A stretch of 62,960 nucleotides of DNA, filler included, from Chiloscyllium plagiosum (GCF_004010195.1; 4 parts of one record of this genome joined end to end with filler, not necessarily neighbours in it), one strand, 5' to 3'. Counted from the first letter of the whole stretch, positions 13,078-26,391 are shown. The notes: generated by a model from the letters alone, not told the origin. Translations and numbers: made by a program.

Positions 13078-13870
13078 ACATAGAACATAGAACATAGAAA
13101 AATACAGCGCAGTACAGGCCCTTCGGCCCTCGATGTTGCGCCGATCCAAGCCCACCTAACCTACACTAGCCCACTATCCTCCACATGCCTATCCAATGCC
13201 CGTTTAAATGCCCATAAAGAGGGAGAGTCCACCACTGCTACTGGCAGGGCATTCCATGAACTCACGACTCGCTGAGTAAAGAATCTACCCCTAACATCTG
13301 TCCTATACCTACCACCCCCTAATTTAAAGCTATGCCCCCTCGTAATAGCTGACTCCATACATAGAAAAAGNNNNNNNNNNNNNNNNNNNNNNNNNNNNNN
13401 NNNNNNNNNNNNNNTTAATTAATTAANNNNNNNNNNNNNNNNNNNNNNNNNNNNNNNNNNNNNNNNNNNNCCACCCTCCCTAATCTTACTGAAACATCTG
13501 TAACCAGGAACCTCCAACAACCATTCCTGTCCCTCTTCTATCCATGTTTCCGTGATGGCCACAACATCGTAGTCCCAGGTACCGGTCCACGCCTTAAGTT
13601 CACCGACCTTATTTCTGATACTCCTTGCGTTGAAGTATACACACTTGAACCCATCTCTGTGTCCGCAAGTATTCCCTGTCAGTGCTACCTTCTTCACAGC
13701 CTCCCCTTGGACATCCTGATACTTGGACATCCTGACAAACAGCTAGCCTACTTGCTGGACTACAAGTCTGGATCCCATCCCCCTGCTAAATTAGTTTAAA
13801 CCCCCCTGAAGAGTGCTAGCAAACCTACCCCCCAGGATATTGGTGCCCTTCTGGTTCAGGTGCAACCCGT
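13078..13870 (-). mobile_element. CR1 pieces on either side of a scaffold linker (3' end 13078-13370; endonuclease N-terminus 13471-13870)
   Basis: RGHSFKL..FFTQRVVSSWNALP; YFNARSIRNKVGEL..DVVAITETW. Confidence 0.85.
13371..13470. other. Artificial scaffold linker 44N-TTAATTAATTAA-44N
   Basis: Identical 100-nt structure occurs three times. Confidence 0.9.
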
Positions 13871-14284
13871 CCTGCTCCTCGGATGCTGCCTGAACTGCTG
13901 TGCTTTTCCAGCACCACTCTACTCCAGAACCTGATGGACCACACCCCAGGGTTCTGAAGGAGATAGCGGAGCAGTTTGTGGAGACATACCTAGTGATCTT
14001 CTAGGAATCAAGGAGGGATCCAGAGGACTGGAAATGGCTAATATAACACCGCTGTTGAAGAAGGGAGGAGACAGAAAACTATAGGCCGGGTAGCCTGACC
14101 TCAGTCATTGGTAAGATTTCAGAGTCCATTATTAAGGATGAGATTGTGGAGTACTTGGACATGCATGAAAAAAAATAGGGCTGAGTCAGCACAACTTCAT
14201 CAAGGGGAGGTCATACCTGACAAATCTGTTAGATTTCTTTGAGGAGGTAGTGAGCAAGTTAGAAAATGTGGACATGATCTATTT

Positions 14285-15362
14285 GGATTTGGTTTGTTTT
14301 ATTAATGTCACATGCACCAACATACACTGGAAGGTGTTGTTTTGCACGCTCTACAGGCAGGTCATACCACACACAGTTCATCAGGGTAGCAGAACAGAGC
14401 ACAGAATACAGTGTTACAGCTGCAGAGAGGGTGCAGTGAGAGAGAGATCAGAATTAACATTTGAGAAGATGGTTGAAAAATCTGATAACAGCAGGGAAGA
14501 AGCTGTTCTTGAATCTGATCGTACGTGTATACAAACTTTCATATCTTCTGCCTGATGGAACAGGATGCAAGAGAGTATAACCAGGATGGGAGCAGTCTTT
14601 GATTATGTTGGTTCTTTCCTGAGGCAATGGAAAGTATAGATGGAGTCAATGGATGGAGGGCTGGTTCACGTGATAGACTGGGCTGTGTTCACAACTCTCT
14701 ATAGTTTTGTGCAGTCTTGGGCACAGCAGTTGCCACACCACGCTGTGATGCAGCCAGATGGGATGCCTTCTATGATTCATGAATAAAACTCGGTAGTATC
14801 CCTGTGCACAGGTTAAATTTCCTTCACCTCCTGAGGAGGTAGAGAGGTTGTTGTGCTTTCTTGGTTGTTGTATTGACATGGGAAGACCAGGACAGTGTTA
14901 GTGATCATCACTCTCAGGAACTTGACGCTCTCGACCATCTCCACCTCAGTACCATTGATATAGCCAGGGGCATGCCCTCCACTCTGTTTCCTGAAGTCAA
15001 TGACCAGCTCCTTTGTTTTGTTAATATTGATGGAGAGATTGTTGTCTTTACACCGTGCTGTTAAGCACTCAGACTCTTCCCTGTGTTCTGTCTTGTCGTT
15101 GTTTGAGATCTCACCTGCAAGGGTGGTGTTGTCAGCAAACATGTAAGTAGAGCTGGGCGGAATTTGACCACATAGTTGTATATGTGTAAGGAGTACAGTG
15201 GCGGTGGGGGGGGGTGAGTATGCAGCCTTGCTGGGCACTGGCATTGAGGATCATCATGGAGGTGCTATTGTGGCCTATTCTTACTGATTGTGGTCTGTGG
15301 GTCAGGAAGTCAAGGATCAAGTTACAGAGCGGGGTGCCGGGACCTATATCTTGGAGTTTACA
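14285..15362 (-). mobile_element. Rex/Babar-type LINE RT fragment
   Basis: LCNLILDFLTHRPQSVRIG, QGCIL.P, FADNTTL, ININKTKELVIDFRK. Confidence 0.8.
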
Positions 15363-15369
15363 GGTTATA

Positions 15370-17185
15370 CAGTCATAGAGATGTACAGCACGGAAACAGA
15401 CCCTTCGGTCCAACCCGTCCATACCGACCAGATATCCCAACCCAATCTAGTCCCACCTGCCAGCACCCAGCCCATATCCCTCCAAACCCTTCTACTCATA
15501 TACCCATCCTGATGCCTGTTAAATGTCGCAATTGTACCAGCCTCCACCACTTCCTCTGGCACCTCATTCCATACACGTACCACCCTCTGAGTGAAAACGT
15601 TGCCCTGTAGGTCTCTCTTATATCTTACCCCTCTCACCCTAAACCTATGCCGTCTATTTCGCGACTCACCCACCCAGGGAAAAGACTTTGTCTATTTACC
15701 CTATCCATGCCCCTCATGATTTTATAAACCTCTATAAGGTCACCCCTCAGCCTCCGACGCTCCAGGGAAAACAGCCCCAGCCTGTTCAGCCTCTCNNNNN
15801 NNNNNNNNNNNNNNNNNNNNNNNNNNNNNNNNNNNNNNNNNNNNNNNNNNNNNNNNNNNNNNNNNNNNNNNNNNNNNNNNNNNNNNNNNNNNNNNNNNNN
15901 NNNNNNNNNNNNNNNNNNNNNNNNNNNNNNNNNNNNNNNNNNNNNNNNNNNNNNNNNNNNNNNNNNNNNNNNNNNNNNNNNNNNNNNNNNNNNNNNNNNN
16001 NNNNNNNNNNNNNNNNNNNNNNNNNNNNNNNNNNNNNNNNNNNNNNNNNNNNNNNNNNNNNNNNNNNNNNNNNNNNNNNNNNNNNNNNNNNNNNNNNNNN
16101 NNNNNNNNNNNNNNNNNNNNNNNNNNNNNNNNNNNNNNNNNNNNNNNNNNNNNNNNNNNNNNNNNNNNNNNNNNNNNNNNNNNNNNNNNNNNNNNNNNNN
16201 NNNNNNNNNNNNNNNNNNNNNNNNNNNNNNNNNNNNNNNNNNNNNNNNNNNNNNNNNNNNNNNNNNNNNNNNNNNNNNNNNNNNNNNNNNNNNNNNNNNN
16301 NNNNNNNNNNNNNNNNNNNNNNNNNNNNNNNNNNNNNNNNNNNNNNNNNNNNNNNNNNNNNNNNNNNNNNNNNNNNNNNNNNNNNNNNNNNNNNNNNNNN
16401 NNNNNNNNNNNNNNNNNNNNNNNNNNNNNNNNNNNNNNNNNNNNNNNNNNNNNNNNNNNNNNNNNNNNNNNNNNNNNNNNNNNNNNNNNNNNNNNNNNNN
16501 NNNNNNNNNNNNNNNNNNNNNNNNNNNNNNNNNNNNNNNNNNNNNNNNNNNNNNNNNNNNNNNNNNNNNNNNNNNNNNNNNNNNNNNNNNNNNNNNNNNN
16601 NNNNNNNNNNNNNNNNNNNNNNNNNNNNNNNNNNNNNNNNNNNNNNNNNNNNNNNNNNNNNNNNNNNNNNNNNNNNNNNNNNNNNNNNNNNNNNNNNNNN
16701 NNNNNNNNNNNNNNNNNNNNNNNNNNNNNNNNNNNNNNNNNNNNNNNNNNNNNNNNNNNNNNCTGGTCACAGGCCTCCAGTCTGAAAAACAACCCTCCAC
16801 CACCACCACCCTCTGTCTTCTACCTTTGATCCTGTTCTGTGTCCAAATGGCTAGTTCTCCCTTTATTCTGTGAGATCTCACCTTGCTAACCAGTCTCCCA
16901 TGGGGAACCTTGTCGAACGCCTTACTGAAGTCCATATAGATCACATCTACTGCTCTGCCCTCATCAATCTTCTTTGTTACTTCTTCGAAAAACTCAATCA
17001 AGTTTGTGAGACATGATTTCCAACGCACAAAACCATGTTGACTATCCCTAATTTTCCAAAATGTCACCATCTATTTCCCTACATTCTATATCTTCCATAT
17101 CCTTTTCCACAGTAAATACTGATGCAAAATACTCGTTCAGTATCTGCCCCATCTCATGTGGCTCCACATAAAGGTCGCCTTGCTG
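15370..17185 (-). mobile_element. CR1-clade LINE (RT to 3' tail), centre in an N gap
   Basis: SQHGFV..KSCLTNLIEFFEEV, MDFSKAFDKVPHG, LFSLERRRLRGDLIEVYK. Confidence 0.9.
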
Positions 17186-17225
17186 CCTGAACTGCTGTGC
17201 TCTCCCAGCACCACTGATCCAGAAC

Positions 17226-17505
17226 CTGATCTTTGAGGGGCCCTATTCTCTCCCTAGTTACCCTTTTGTCCTTAAATTAGTTTTTCTGGTCCATGCAGGA
17301 TCTGAGTGCATGACTGGAGGCTCCATCCAGACCAGTCACTTTCTGTGGGTTCACTCTCAAAGGCTGATCTTTGAGGGGCCCTATTCTCTCCCTAGTTACC
17401 CTTTTGTCCTTAAATTAGTTTTTCTGGTCCATGCAGGATCTGAGTGCATGACTGGAGGCTCCATCCAGACCAGTCACTTTCTGTGGGTTCACTCTCAAAG
17501 GCTGA
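17226..17505. repeat. Exact 138-bp tandem duplication
   Basis: 17226-17363 equals 17364-17501, followed by CTGA microhomology. Confidence 0.92.
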
Positions 17506-18787
17506 CCTGATGTCGGGGCCGGTGACCATGGGTACAGGTGCACCAGAGGATGCTGGGATAGGTGACACCATTATGGAAAGGATGAGGTTGCAGGAGTGAT
17601 TGATGGAATTACGGCCAGAGATGAGAAGCTTTAAACAGGAGGAGAGAATAAAAACGAAGAGCTCCCGTTCTCTGAAGAGGTGAATGACAGCGTGATCAAG
17701 CTTTTTGACGTTAATAGAGTTTCGGAGACCGAACACAAGGAATAGCTTGCTGACCATGATGACTCCATTACCAGAAAAAAGAGAAAGATAAGCAGAATTG
17801 GAAAACACAGAGGGTTGCGAGGATGTGAAATCACTCTCTGTCAGAAACCCTGAACACAGCAGCCTGAAATGAAGGGGAGAGCTCTCCCATGAATTAACAT
17901 GCACTCAAGTAACAGATGGAGACTGCTGTGCCTACCTGTGTACATGCTTTTAAATTGTTGAAATATTTGAAGAATAAAAGAAGTAGAGAAGAGGTCAGTA
18001 GGAACCAGGCGATGGACTGACTGTCCTCATCGGCTTAGCTTCCAGTTTATACATGATTGAATCAAAAAGATTTTTTTTAAATACTGAGGTTGCTAGACAT
18101 CAAGTACAGCAATTAGAAGTCCCGCCCTCTGGCACGTTCCATTCTTACATCGTCAGACATTAACATAAAGTGAGTGACTTTGGTTTCCATTGCAATGCCT
18201 GAGTCACAAAGTCACTATGTTTCAACAACAACCTGTGTTTATGTAGCAGTTTTTAACATCATGAAACATATCAAGGCACTTTGCAAGAGCTTTATAAATC
18301 ATCATAAGTATTGCCTCCAAAGATGCAATTTAAAAAAAAAACAAAAGTTCATCTTTACCTCTGCAGTTGGCATGATGCATTTGATGCCAAAGTGAGATTA
18401 GTTTTTATACAATCTGGATTTTTAAACAAATTCATTCTCTGCAGCATTAACAGCTGCAGCGAGGCTGAGCTGACCCCACATCCTTGTTTTCAAATTGCTT
18501 TGTTCCCTCACCTCTGTCTGTATTCCTCTGCCTTTAGCTGCCCAGACCCCAATCCCTTTCCTAAACCTTGCCATCTCAGCCTCTCTCCTACTCCTTGGGT
18601 AGGCCATCGTCTTGGCCACCATCGGTCCTCAAATGAGGCTCATCGTCGGTCTTTGTTTGATAACTGCATTTGTGAAGCACCTTTAGTGGCTCTGCACTAT
18701 TAAGCCATCACTCTGTGAGGTGACTCTTGGTCTGTGACACGCGGAAAACAGACCGACTGACCTTCAAAACAGACTGACGCCACTTAC

Positions 18788-18925
18788 CCAGAAACTGACA
18801 AAGTAGATAAGCAGGACGGTGGGGATTCCTCCAAAACTGTTACCCTGCAGCACCGTGGATCCTCGCTCGAGGTTGAAGCAGTTGGTGCTATTAAATGCAG
18901 CAGTTGTCCTGAGCACTCGGTCCAT
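18788..18925 (-). CDS. TMEM63: First coding exon of a TMEM63 (CSC1/OSCA-family) mechanosensitive cation channel: MDRVLRTTAAFNSTNCFNLERGSTVLQGNSFGGIPTVLLIYFVSFW
   Basis: Exon 18940->18788 bounded by ctctctag and gtaagt; ATG in context cccaccgtgATGg. C(F/Y)...STVLQG..FGG(I/V)PTVL is the conserved TMEM63A/B/C N-terminal motif. Paralogue unresolved (GIPTVLLI is closest to TMEM63A). Later exons not found. Confidence 0.88.
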
Positions 18926-19669
18926 CACGGTGGGCGGGATCTAGAGAGCAAACAGCTCCCAATACTTTCATCTAGAAGGCGATGCCAAAAGGAGTGATCA
19001 ACAAAAATAGCGACTTCTTCATTGTCCTTCAATAAACATTATTTACCCACCGACAACAACTCACCCACAAAAGGATGAAGAGCTTGACTTTTGCGAGAAA
19101 AAACAGAACATTTGCCCCCCCCCCACAGCATTTATTGACAGAGATATTCCTTCAGGGAAGGAATCTGCCATCCTTACCTGGTCTGGCCTACATGTGACTC
19201 CAGACCCACAAAAATATGGTTGACTCTTAACTGCCCTCTGGGCAATTAGGGATGGGCAATAAATGCTGCCCCAGCCAGCAACGCCCTCATCCCATGAATG
19301 AATAAAGAGAGATATGCATTCCAAACAGGTTAATTTCACACCAAATAAAAACTGAAAAGACTGCGGATACTGTCAATCAGAAACAAAACCAAAGTTGCTG
19401 GAAATCAACTCTCTCACCGAACCCAAAATGGTAACTCTGATTTCTCTGCACAGATGTTGCCAGACCTGCTGAGCTTTTCCAGCAACTTCGGTTTTTGTTT
19501 CTAAACTTATACACAGACTTGAAACGTTCACTCAGTTTCTCTCTCCACAGACACTGCCAGACCTACTGAGTTTCTGCAGCGTGCTCCCTTTCAGATTTTC
19601 TGCATCTGCAGAATTTTGCTTTTCTTCTACTCCCAGTTTCAATTCCTTCTTATATACGACAGCCTAAGC

Positions 19670-20850
19670 GCATAGGCCAATGGGCTGAGGAGTGGCAGAT
19701 GGAATTTAATTTAAATCTTAGCAGGACTTGTACACTTAATGGTAAGGTCCTATGGCGTGTTGCTGAACAAAGAGACCTTGGAGTGCAGGTTCATAGTTCC
19801 TTGAAATTGGAGTAGCAGATAGATAGGATAGTGAAGAAGGTATTTGGTATGCTTTCCTTTATTGGTCAGAGCAATGTGTATTGGAGTTGGGGGGGTCATG
19901 TTGTGGCTGTACAGGACATTAGTTCGGCTACTTTTGGAATACTGCATTCAGTTTTGGTCTCCCTCCTATAGGAAAGATGTTGTTAAGTTTGAAAGGTCCA
20001 TAAAAGATTTACAAGGATGTTGCCAGGGTTGGAAGGTTTGAACTATAGGGAGAGGCTGAACAGGCTGTTTACTCTGGAGCGTTGGAGGCTGAGGGGTGAC
20101 CTCATAGAGGGTTATAAAATCATAAGGAGAATGGAGGGGGGGGGTAAATAGACAAGGTTTTTTTCCCCAGGGTAGAAGAGTCCAAAGATAGAGGGCATAG
20201 ATTAGATTCCCTACAGTATGGAAACAGGCCCTTCAGCCCAAAGAGTAACCTACCCAGACCCCTGCATTTACCCCTGACTAATGCACCTAACACCATGGGC
20301 AATTTAGCATGGCCAATTCACTTGACCTGCACATCTTTGGACTGTGGGAGAAAACCGGAGCACCCGTAGGAAACCCACGCGGATACGGAGAGAATGTGCA
20401 AACTCCACACAGACAGTCACCCGAGGCTGGAATCAAACCCGGGTTCCCTGGCGACTGTGAGACAGCAGTGCTAACCACTAAGCCATCGTGATTTAAGGTG
20501 AGAGGTGAAAGATTTAATAGGGAATTGAGGGTCAACTTTTTCCCCCAGAGGGTGGTGTGTGTATGGAATGAGCTACAACAGGAAGTGGTGGAGGCTGGTA
20601 CAATTACAACATTTGGAGGTTGCCACTGATGAAGTTACCTGGATATCAAACCTACAGCTCAGCGAGCAAACCTACACCCTAAACAATGACAACTTTTAAA
20701 AGGCATTTGGATGGGTAAATGAACCAGAAGGGTTTATAGGGATATGGGCCAAATGCTGGCAAATGAGACTAGATTAAATTAGGATGTCTGGTCAGCATGG
20801 ACAAGTTGGACCAAAGGGTCTATTTCCATGCTGTACAATTCTACGACTCT
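19670..20850 (+). mobile_element. CR1 3' part with a nested minus-strand V-SINE (about 20199-20490) and a Penelope scrap (about 20615-20685)
   Basis: LEYCIQFWSP; the host resumes after each insert; near-duplication acaattacaacattt / acaatgacaactttt around the Penelope piece. Confidence 0.8.
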
Positions 20851-21342
20851 AAGCAGGAAAATTAAAAAGCAGACTTAATCGAGGTTTTTAAAAATCACAA
20901 AGGAGTTTTAATAAGTCAGAACAGTTCCTGGGACAGAAGGAGCATTAATCACAGGATCCAAGATTTAAAGGAACAAAAAGAAGATGAGGAGATTTTCTTT
21001 CCAAACACAGTGGGTTAGTTATGTTCTGCAGTCCATTGCCTGTAAGAACGGAATAGCAGATTCATGTGGAAAAGGTAATAATTGGAGATTTATGAGGAAG
21101 AGCTTGTCCTGTGATCCAGGACAAACAGAGTGCACCAAGTGGGCTGCTTCTGCTCTACAATTCTTCACTTGGTTCAGGGTGTATATTTGAAATAACTCCA
21201 TCCATTTTTTTTTCTGGAGTTCTGCTGCCGAAATGACCCTGGACAATGACTGCCATCACTCGTTGGTGGAGCCACGCTCAGCGCATTTGAATGGAGCCGA
21301 GCCAATCCGTGATAACTGTCCTTAAACTAAAAAGGAAGTGGA

Positions 21343-21558
21343 GAGAGTGGTGCTGGAAAAGCACAGCAGGTCAGGCAGCAGCCGAGGAGCAGAATCGCTG
21401 TTTCGGGCATAAGTTCTTCATCAGGAATGAGGCTTGATGAAGAGCTTATGCCCGAAATGTTGACTCTCCTACTCCTCGGATGCTGCCTGACCGGCTGTGC
21501 TTTTCCAGCACCACACTCTTTGACTCTGATCTCCAGCATCTGCAGTCCTCACTTTCTA
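21343..21558. mobile_element. Palindromic Penelope-derived insertion, two degenerate ACGT-family hammerhead arms head-to-head
   Basis: gtggtgctggaaaagcacagc...tttcgggcataagttcttcatcag followed by ttgatgaagagcttatgcccgaaatg...gctgtgcttttccagcaccac. Confidence 0.8.
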
Positions 21559-21561
21559 CCC

Positions 21562-24330
21562 ATAGATCAGAACAGCACAGGAACAGGCCCCTCGGCCCAC
21601 CATGATTTTCCTGACCATGATGCCATTCTAAACTAATCCCATCAGCCTGCATATGGTCCAGATCCTTCCATTCCCTGCCTGTTCATGTGTTTGTCTAAAT
21701 GCCTTTTAAACATTGCTGTCATATCTATTCCTACCACTTCCCCTGGCAGCCTGTTCCAGGCACCTACAACCTCCTGTGTAAAAAAACTTGCCTCACACAT
21801 CTTTAAACTTTCCCCCCTCTCACTTTGAACCAATGCCCCTTAATAGCTGACACTTCCACCTTGGGGATAAGACTCCACCTTATCCATGCCACTCATAATT
21901 TTATAGACTTCAATCTCTGATGCTCTCACAAAAACCATCCAAGTTTGTCCAATCTCTCCTCTTCGCTAATACACTCCAATCCAAGCAACATTCTGGTAAA
22001 CCTCTATCACACCCTCTCCAAAGTCTCGACATTCTTCCTATAGTGTGGACACAGAACTGCACACAATACTTTAAATGGCCTAACTAAAAAAGTTTTATAC
22101 AGCTGCAACATGACTTGCCAATTTTTAAACTCAATGACCCAACTGAGGAAGGCAAGCATGCCATATGCCTTCTTTACCACCTTATCCACTCACTTTGTCA
22201 CTTTCAGGGAGCTATGGACTTGCATCCGAAGATCCCTCTGTATATCAATGTTCCTAAGGGACACTTGCTGTATATTTTCCTCTTGTGTTGACCTCCCAAA
22301 ATGCACTGCCACACACTTAAACTCCACCTGCCATTCCTCCACCCAACTTTCCGACTGATCTATATCCTGCCACATCCTTTGACAACCTTCCTCACTATCC
22401 ACAACGCCATCAATTTTTGTGTCATCTGAACACTTACTAAGTTATTAACTTACTGAATAGACCACTGACATTTTGATCCAAATCATTTATATATTTATTA
22501 AACAAAGAGGTCCCAGCACTGGTCCTTGTGGAACACCACTGGGCACAACCCTCCAGCCAGAAAAACACCCCTCCACAACTACCCTCTGCCTTCTGTTATC
22601 AAGCCAATTTTATATCCAGCTTATCAACTCACCATGGATTCCATATGACTTCACATTCTGGACCAGTCTATCATGAGTGACCTTGTCAAATGCTTTAGAA
22701 AAGCTCTTGTGAACAACATCCACTGCCTTACTCTCCTCATTCATCATCACCACTTTCTCGAAAAACTCAAACCGATTTTCAAGATAAGACCTCCCAGCTC
22801 AAAGCCATTTTAACGATCCATCATAGGTCCATTATCTTTCCAAATGTGAGTAAATCCTGTCCCTAAAATGCTACTGCAATAATTTGCCCTGCCACTGATG
22901 TCAGGCTCACTGGCCTGTAATTTCCTGGATTGCCTGTGTTGCCAAACAAAGGAACATTGGCTATTCTCCAGTCTTCTGGGGCCTTACCTAGGGCCAAGGT
23001 GGATACAAACATCTCTGTCAAGGTCCCCTCTTGCCTCCCTCAGTATCCTGGGATAGATCCCATCAGGCCCTGGGGACTTTTCTACCTTAATGTTTTTCAA
23101 GACACCCAACACCACCTCCTTCTTAATATCAGACATACAGTACCCTGGAATATCAATATAACGCTCCCTAATCTTACCAGTTCCTAAACCTTACATATGC
23201 TTCCTTTTCCTTTTTGACGAAATTTTCAAAATCTCCTGTCATTCCATGATTCCTGAATCTTGCCGTCCTTATCTTTCATCCTCTCAGGAACATGCTCATC
23301 CTGAGCTCTGATCAACTGGCCTTTAAAAGGCTCCCACACACCTTCAAACAGCCGCCCCAATCTAATTTCTCAAGTTCCCACCTCGTCCTGTTGGCATTAG
23401 CCTTACCCCCAACTTAGCACTTGCACCCGAGGACCAGTCTTATCCTTATCTACAATTATCTTAAAACTTATAGAATTAATGGTCACTGTTCCCAAAATGT
23501 TCCCCCACTGACACTTCAATCACCTGGCCAGGCCCATTCCCCAGTACAAGGTCTAGTATGGCCCTTCCCTTAGTTGGGCAAAAGTGAGGACTGCAGATGC
23601 TGGAGATTAGAGTCAAGAGTGTGATGCTGGAAGAGCACAGCAGGTCAGGCAGCATCTTAGTTGGACTATCTACAAGAAATGTTCCTGGATGCACCTAACA
23701 AATTCTGCCTATCTAAGCCCCTGGCACCAAATGAGTCCCAATTACTATTGGGGAAGTTAAAGTCACCCACTCGTTTTTACCCCTTCCATGATCTGCTTAC
23801 ATATATACTCTCTATTACCCACTGGCTATTGGGAGACCTATGGTGTAACCCCATCAATAGTGACTGCACCTTTCCTATTCCTGAGCTCTACCCATAGGCC
23901 TCATTGAATGGCCTCTCTCAGTACAGCTGTGACATTCTCCTTAATCAGTAATGCAACTCCCCCGTCCCTTTCATCCAGCCCCATCACACCTGAAACATCT
24001 AAACTCTGAGCTGCCCTTCTCTCAACCAGGTTTCTGTAATGGCTACGTCATTGTAGTCCCAGGTACTAATCCAAGCTCGAAGCTCATCTGCTTCATCTGT
24101 CATACTCTGCATCAAAATAAATATACTTCAGACCCTGCCTTGTCCTGCCACCTTCATTAACCTGGCCCTGCCTGTTCTTCTTAATGGGCTTACTTGACTT
24201 AACCTGTACCTTCACTTCAATCACTGCACACGCTGAGTTACTGCTCTGGTTCCCAACCCCCATGCCACAATAGTTTAAAGCTTCCTGAGTGGCACTAGCG
24301 AAAGCTACCCTGCCACAATATTGGTGCCAT
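21562..24330 (-). mobile_element. Long degenerate CR1-clade LINE (endonuclease, RT and tail)
   Basis: ILDLVLGN.PGQV..SDH, KKAYGMLAF, FFTQEVVGAWNRLP; many frameshifts. Confidence 0.85.
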
Positions 24331-24434
24331 GTCCCAGCTCGGCGAACTGGACCCCTTTGTTTTACATTGCCTGTCCAAACTCACCACTTCACCCCGTGTG
24401 TGTTCAATTTCATTGGCCATGTGCCTGACAATTC

Positions 24435-24593
24435 TACCTCTGGGACACCCGGACCAACCAACCCAACCACCCTGTAGCTCAACATTTCAATTCCCCCTCC
24501 CACTCCACCAAGGATATGCAGGTCTTTGGACCCCTCCATCGTCAGACCACAGCGAAACAACGGTTGGAGGAAGAACGCCTCATCATCCGCCTA
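24435..24593 (+). mobile_element. Penelope-like GIY-YIG fragment (same family as 35904-36451) running into a gap
   Basis: LWDTRTNQPNHPVAQHFNSP...KDMQVFGPLHRQTTAKQRLEEERLIIRL. Confidence 0.75.
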
Positions 24594-25151
24594 NNNNNNN
24601 NNNNNNNNNNNNNNNNNNNNNNNNNNNNNNNNNNNNNNNNNNNNNNNNNNNNNNNNNNNNNNNNNNNNNNNNNNNNNNNNNNNNNNNNNNNNNNNNNNNN
24701 NNNNNNNNNNNNNNNNNNNNNNNNNNNNNNNNNNNNNNNNNNNNNNNNNNNNNNNNNNNNNNNNNNNNNNNNNNNNNNNNNNNNNNNNNNNNNNNNNNNN
24801 NNNNNNNNNNNNNNNNNNNNNNNNNNNNNNNNCCTTCATAATTTTATATGTTTATACAAGATCCGCCCCCCTCATTCTTCTGAATTCCAATGACTATAAT
24901 CCCAGTCTACTCAGCCTCTCCTCATAAGCCAATCCCCTCAACTCCGGAATCAACCTAGTGAACCTCCTCTGCACCCCCTCCAGTGCCAGTACATCCTTTC
25001 TTAATTAAGGAAACTAAATCTGCACACAGTACTCCAGGTCTGTCCTATCACCCTCACCTTGACCTTTTTCCACCTATCACATTTCCGACGCCCCTCCCCC
25101 AAGTCCCTCCTCCCTATCTTTTATCTTAGCCTGCTGGACACACTTTCCTCA

Positions 25152-25185
25152 TTCCTGAAGAAGGGCTAATGCCCGAAACGTCGAT
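25152..25185 (+). ncRNA. Minimal hammerhead ribozyme motif (ACGT family) in a Penelope pLTR fragment
   Basis: ttc CTGAAGA a GGGC taat GCCC GAAA cg TC gat. Confidence 0.75.
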
Positions 25186-25461
25186 TCTCCTGTTCCCTAG
25201 ATGCTGCCTGACCTGCTGCGCTTTTCCAGCAACACATTTCCATCTCTGACAATTCTACCAGCCTGCCTACATCCTCCTGAAGTCTTTACTACCCTCACAG
25301 TTCAGGGTAGTGACATTATTTCCAAGTTTTTGTGTCACCTGTAAATTGTACTCTGCACGTCCATTAATATTGGTCATTCGTAGAAAAGCAGTTGACTTTT
25401 TACTGGGAAATTCCACAATAAACCTTGGTCCATTTTGAGAGACAAACCAGCCTCACAACTT

Positions 25462-25880
25462 AAATGGTTTGAGTGATAGGGAGAGGTTGAACAGGCTGGG
25501 GCTGTTTTCCCTGAAGTGTCGGAGGCTGAGGGGTGACCTCATAGAGGTTTATAAAATCATAAGGGGCATGGATCGGGTAAATAGACAAGATCTTTTCCCT
25601 GGGGTAGGGAACTAGAGTGCACAGGTTTAAGGTGAGAGGGGAAAGATTTAAAAGGGACCCAAGGGCACCTTTTTCACGCAGAGGGTGGTGCGTATATGGA
25701 ATGAGCTGCCAGAGGAAGTGGTGGAGGCTGGTACAATTACAGCATTTAGAAGGCATCTGGATGGGTACATGTAAAGGGAAGGGTTTAGAGGGATCTGGCA
25801 ATTGGGACTAGATTAGGTTAGGTATCTGGGCCGCCAGACCGGAGGGTCTGTTTCCGTGCTGTACATCTCTATGACTCCAT
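25462..25880 (+). mobile_element. CR1 3' end
   Basis: gggagaggttgaacaggctggggctgttttccctg...ctgtacatctctatgactc. Confidence 0.85.
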
Positions 25881-26391
25881 GACACTAACAAGTAAAAAGG
25901 GCTGCGGATGCTGTGGAACAGCGCAGATGCTGCCAGTGCTGCTGAGTTTCTCTGTTGCTAAATTTTTGTTTATAAGTCACCACTACTTCTCTGTCTCCTC
26001 TCAATCAGCTGACTTTGCATCAAAGCGACTACTTGCTCCTTTTCTCCCACGTGTTTCTGCCATCGACTGCCAAGTCTGTTTGTGACTGTTCAGCAAACTG
26101 CTTTTGAAAATCCATATACAACGTGTCAACATCACCAAGAAAATACCACTTCAACTAAACATGACTCACCTGAAACTAACCTACGCCAGCTTCCTCTCAT
26201 TAATCTGCACTCATGCAAGCAATTTACTTTTCCAAATTATCAATGCTAAAGCTTTCCCACCAGCAAGGTTAAACCAACTGGCTCAATATAATCAGATGGT
26301 AAACACAACTAAATACAGCAAGGAATCAGGAGAAGATTCTTTACCTTCTGAGAGTCCAACACCAGGGGGCACTGTGTTTTAAAATTAGGAT

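Noticed and set aside
15634..17070. ORFs spanning N runs (also 24.3-24.9, 41.2-41.9 and 45.3-46.2 kb)
   Set aside because: Their length comes from Ns; the flanks are LINE fragments or simple repeats.
17507..17628. Open AG-GT segment with phase 0->2, as expected for the next TMEM63 exon
   Set aside because: The peptide LLISGRNSINHSC...MVTGPDIR lacks the WDYGR motif and the hydrophobic helix; no homology support.
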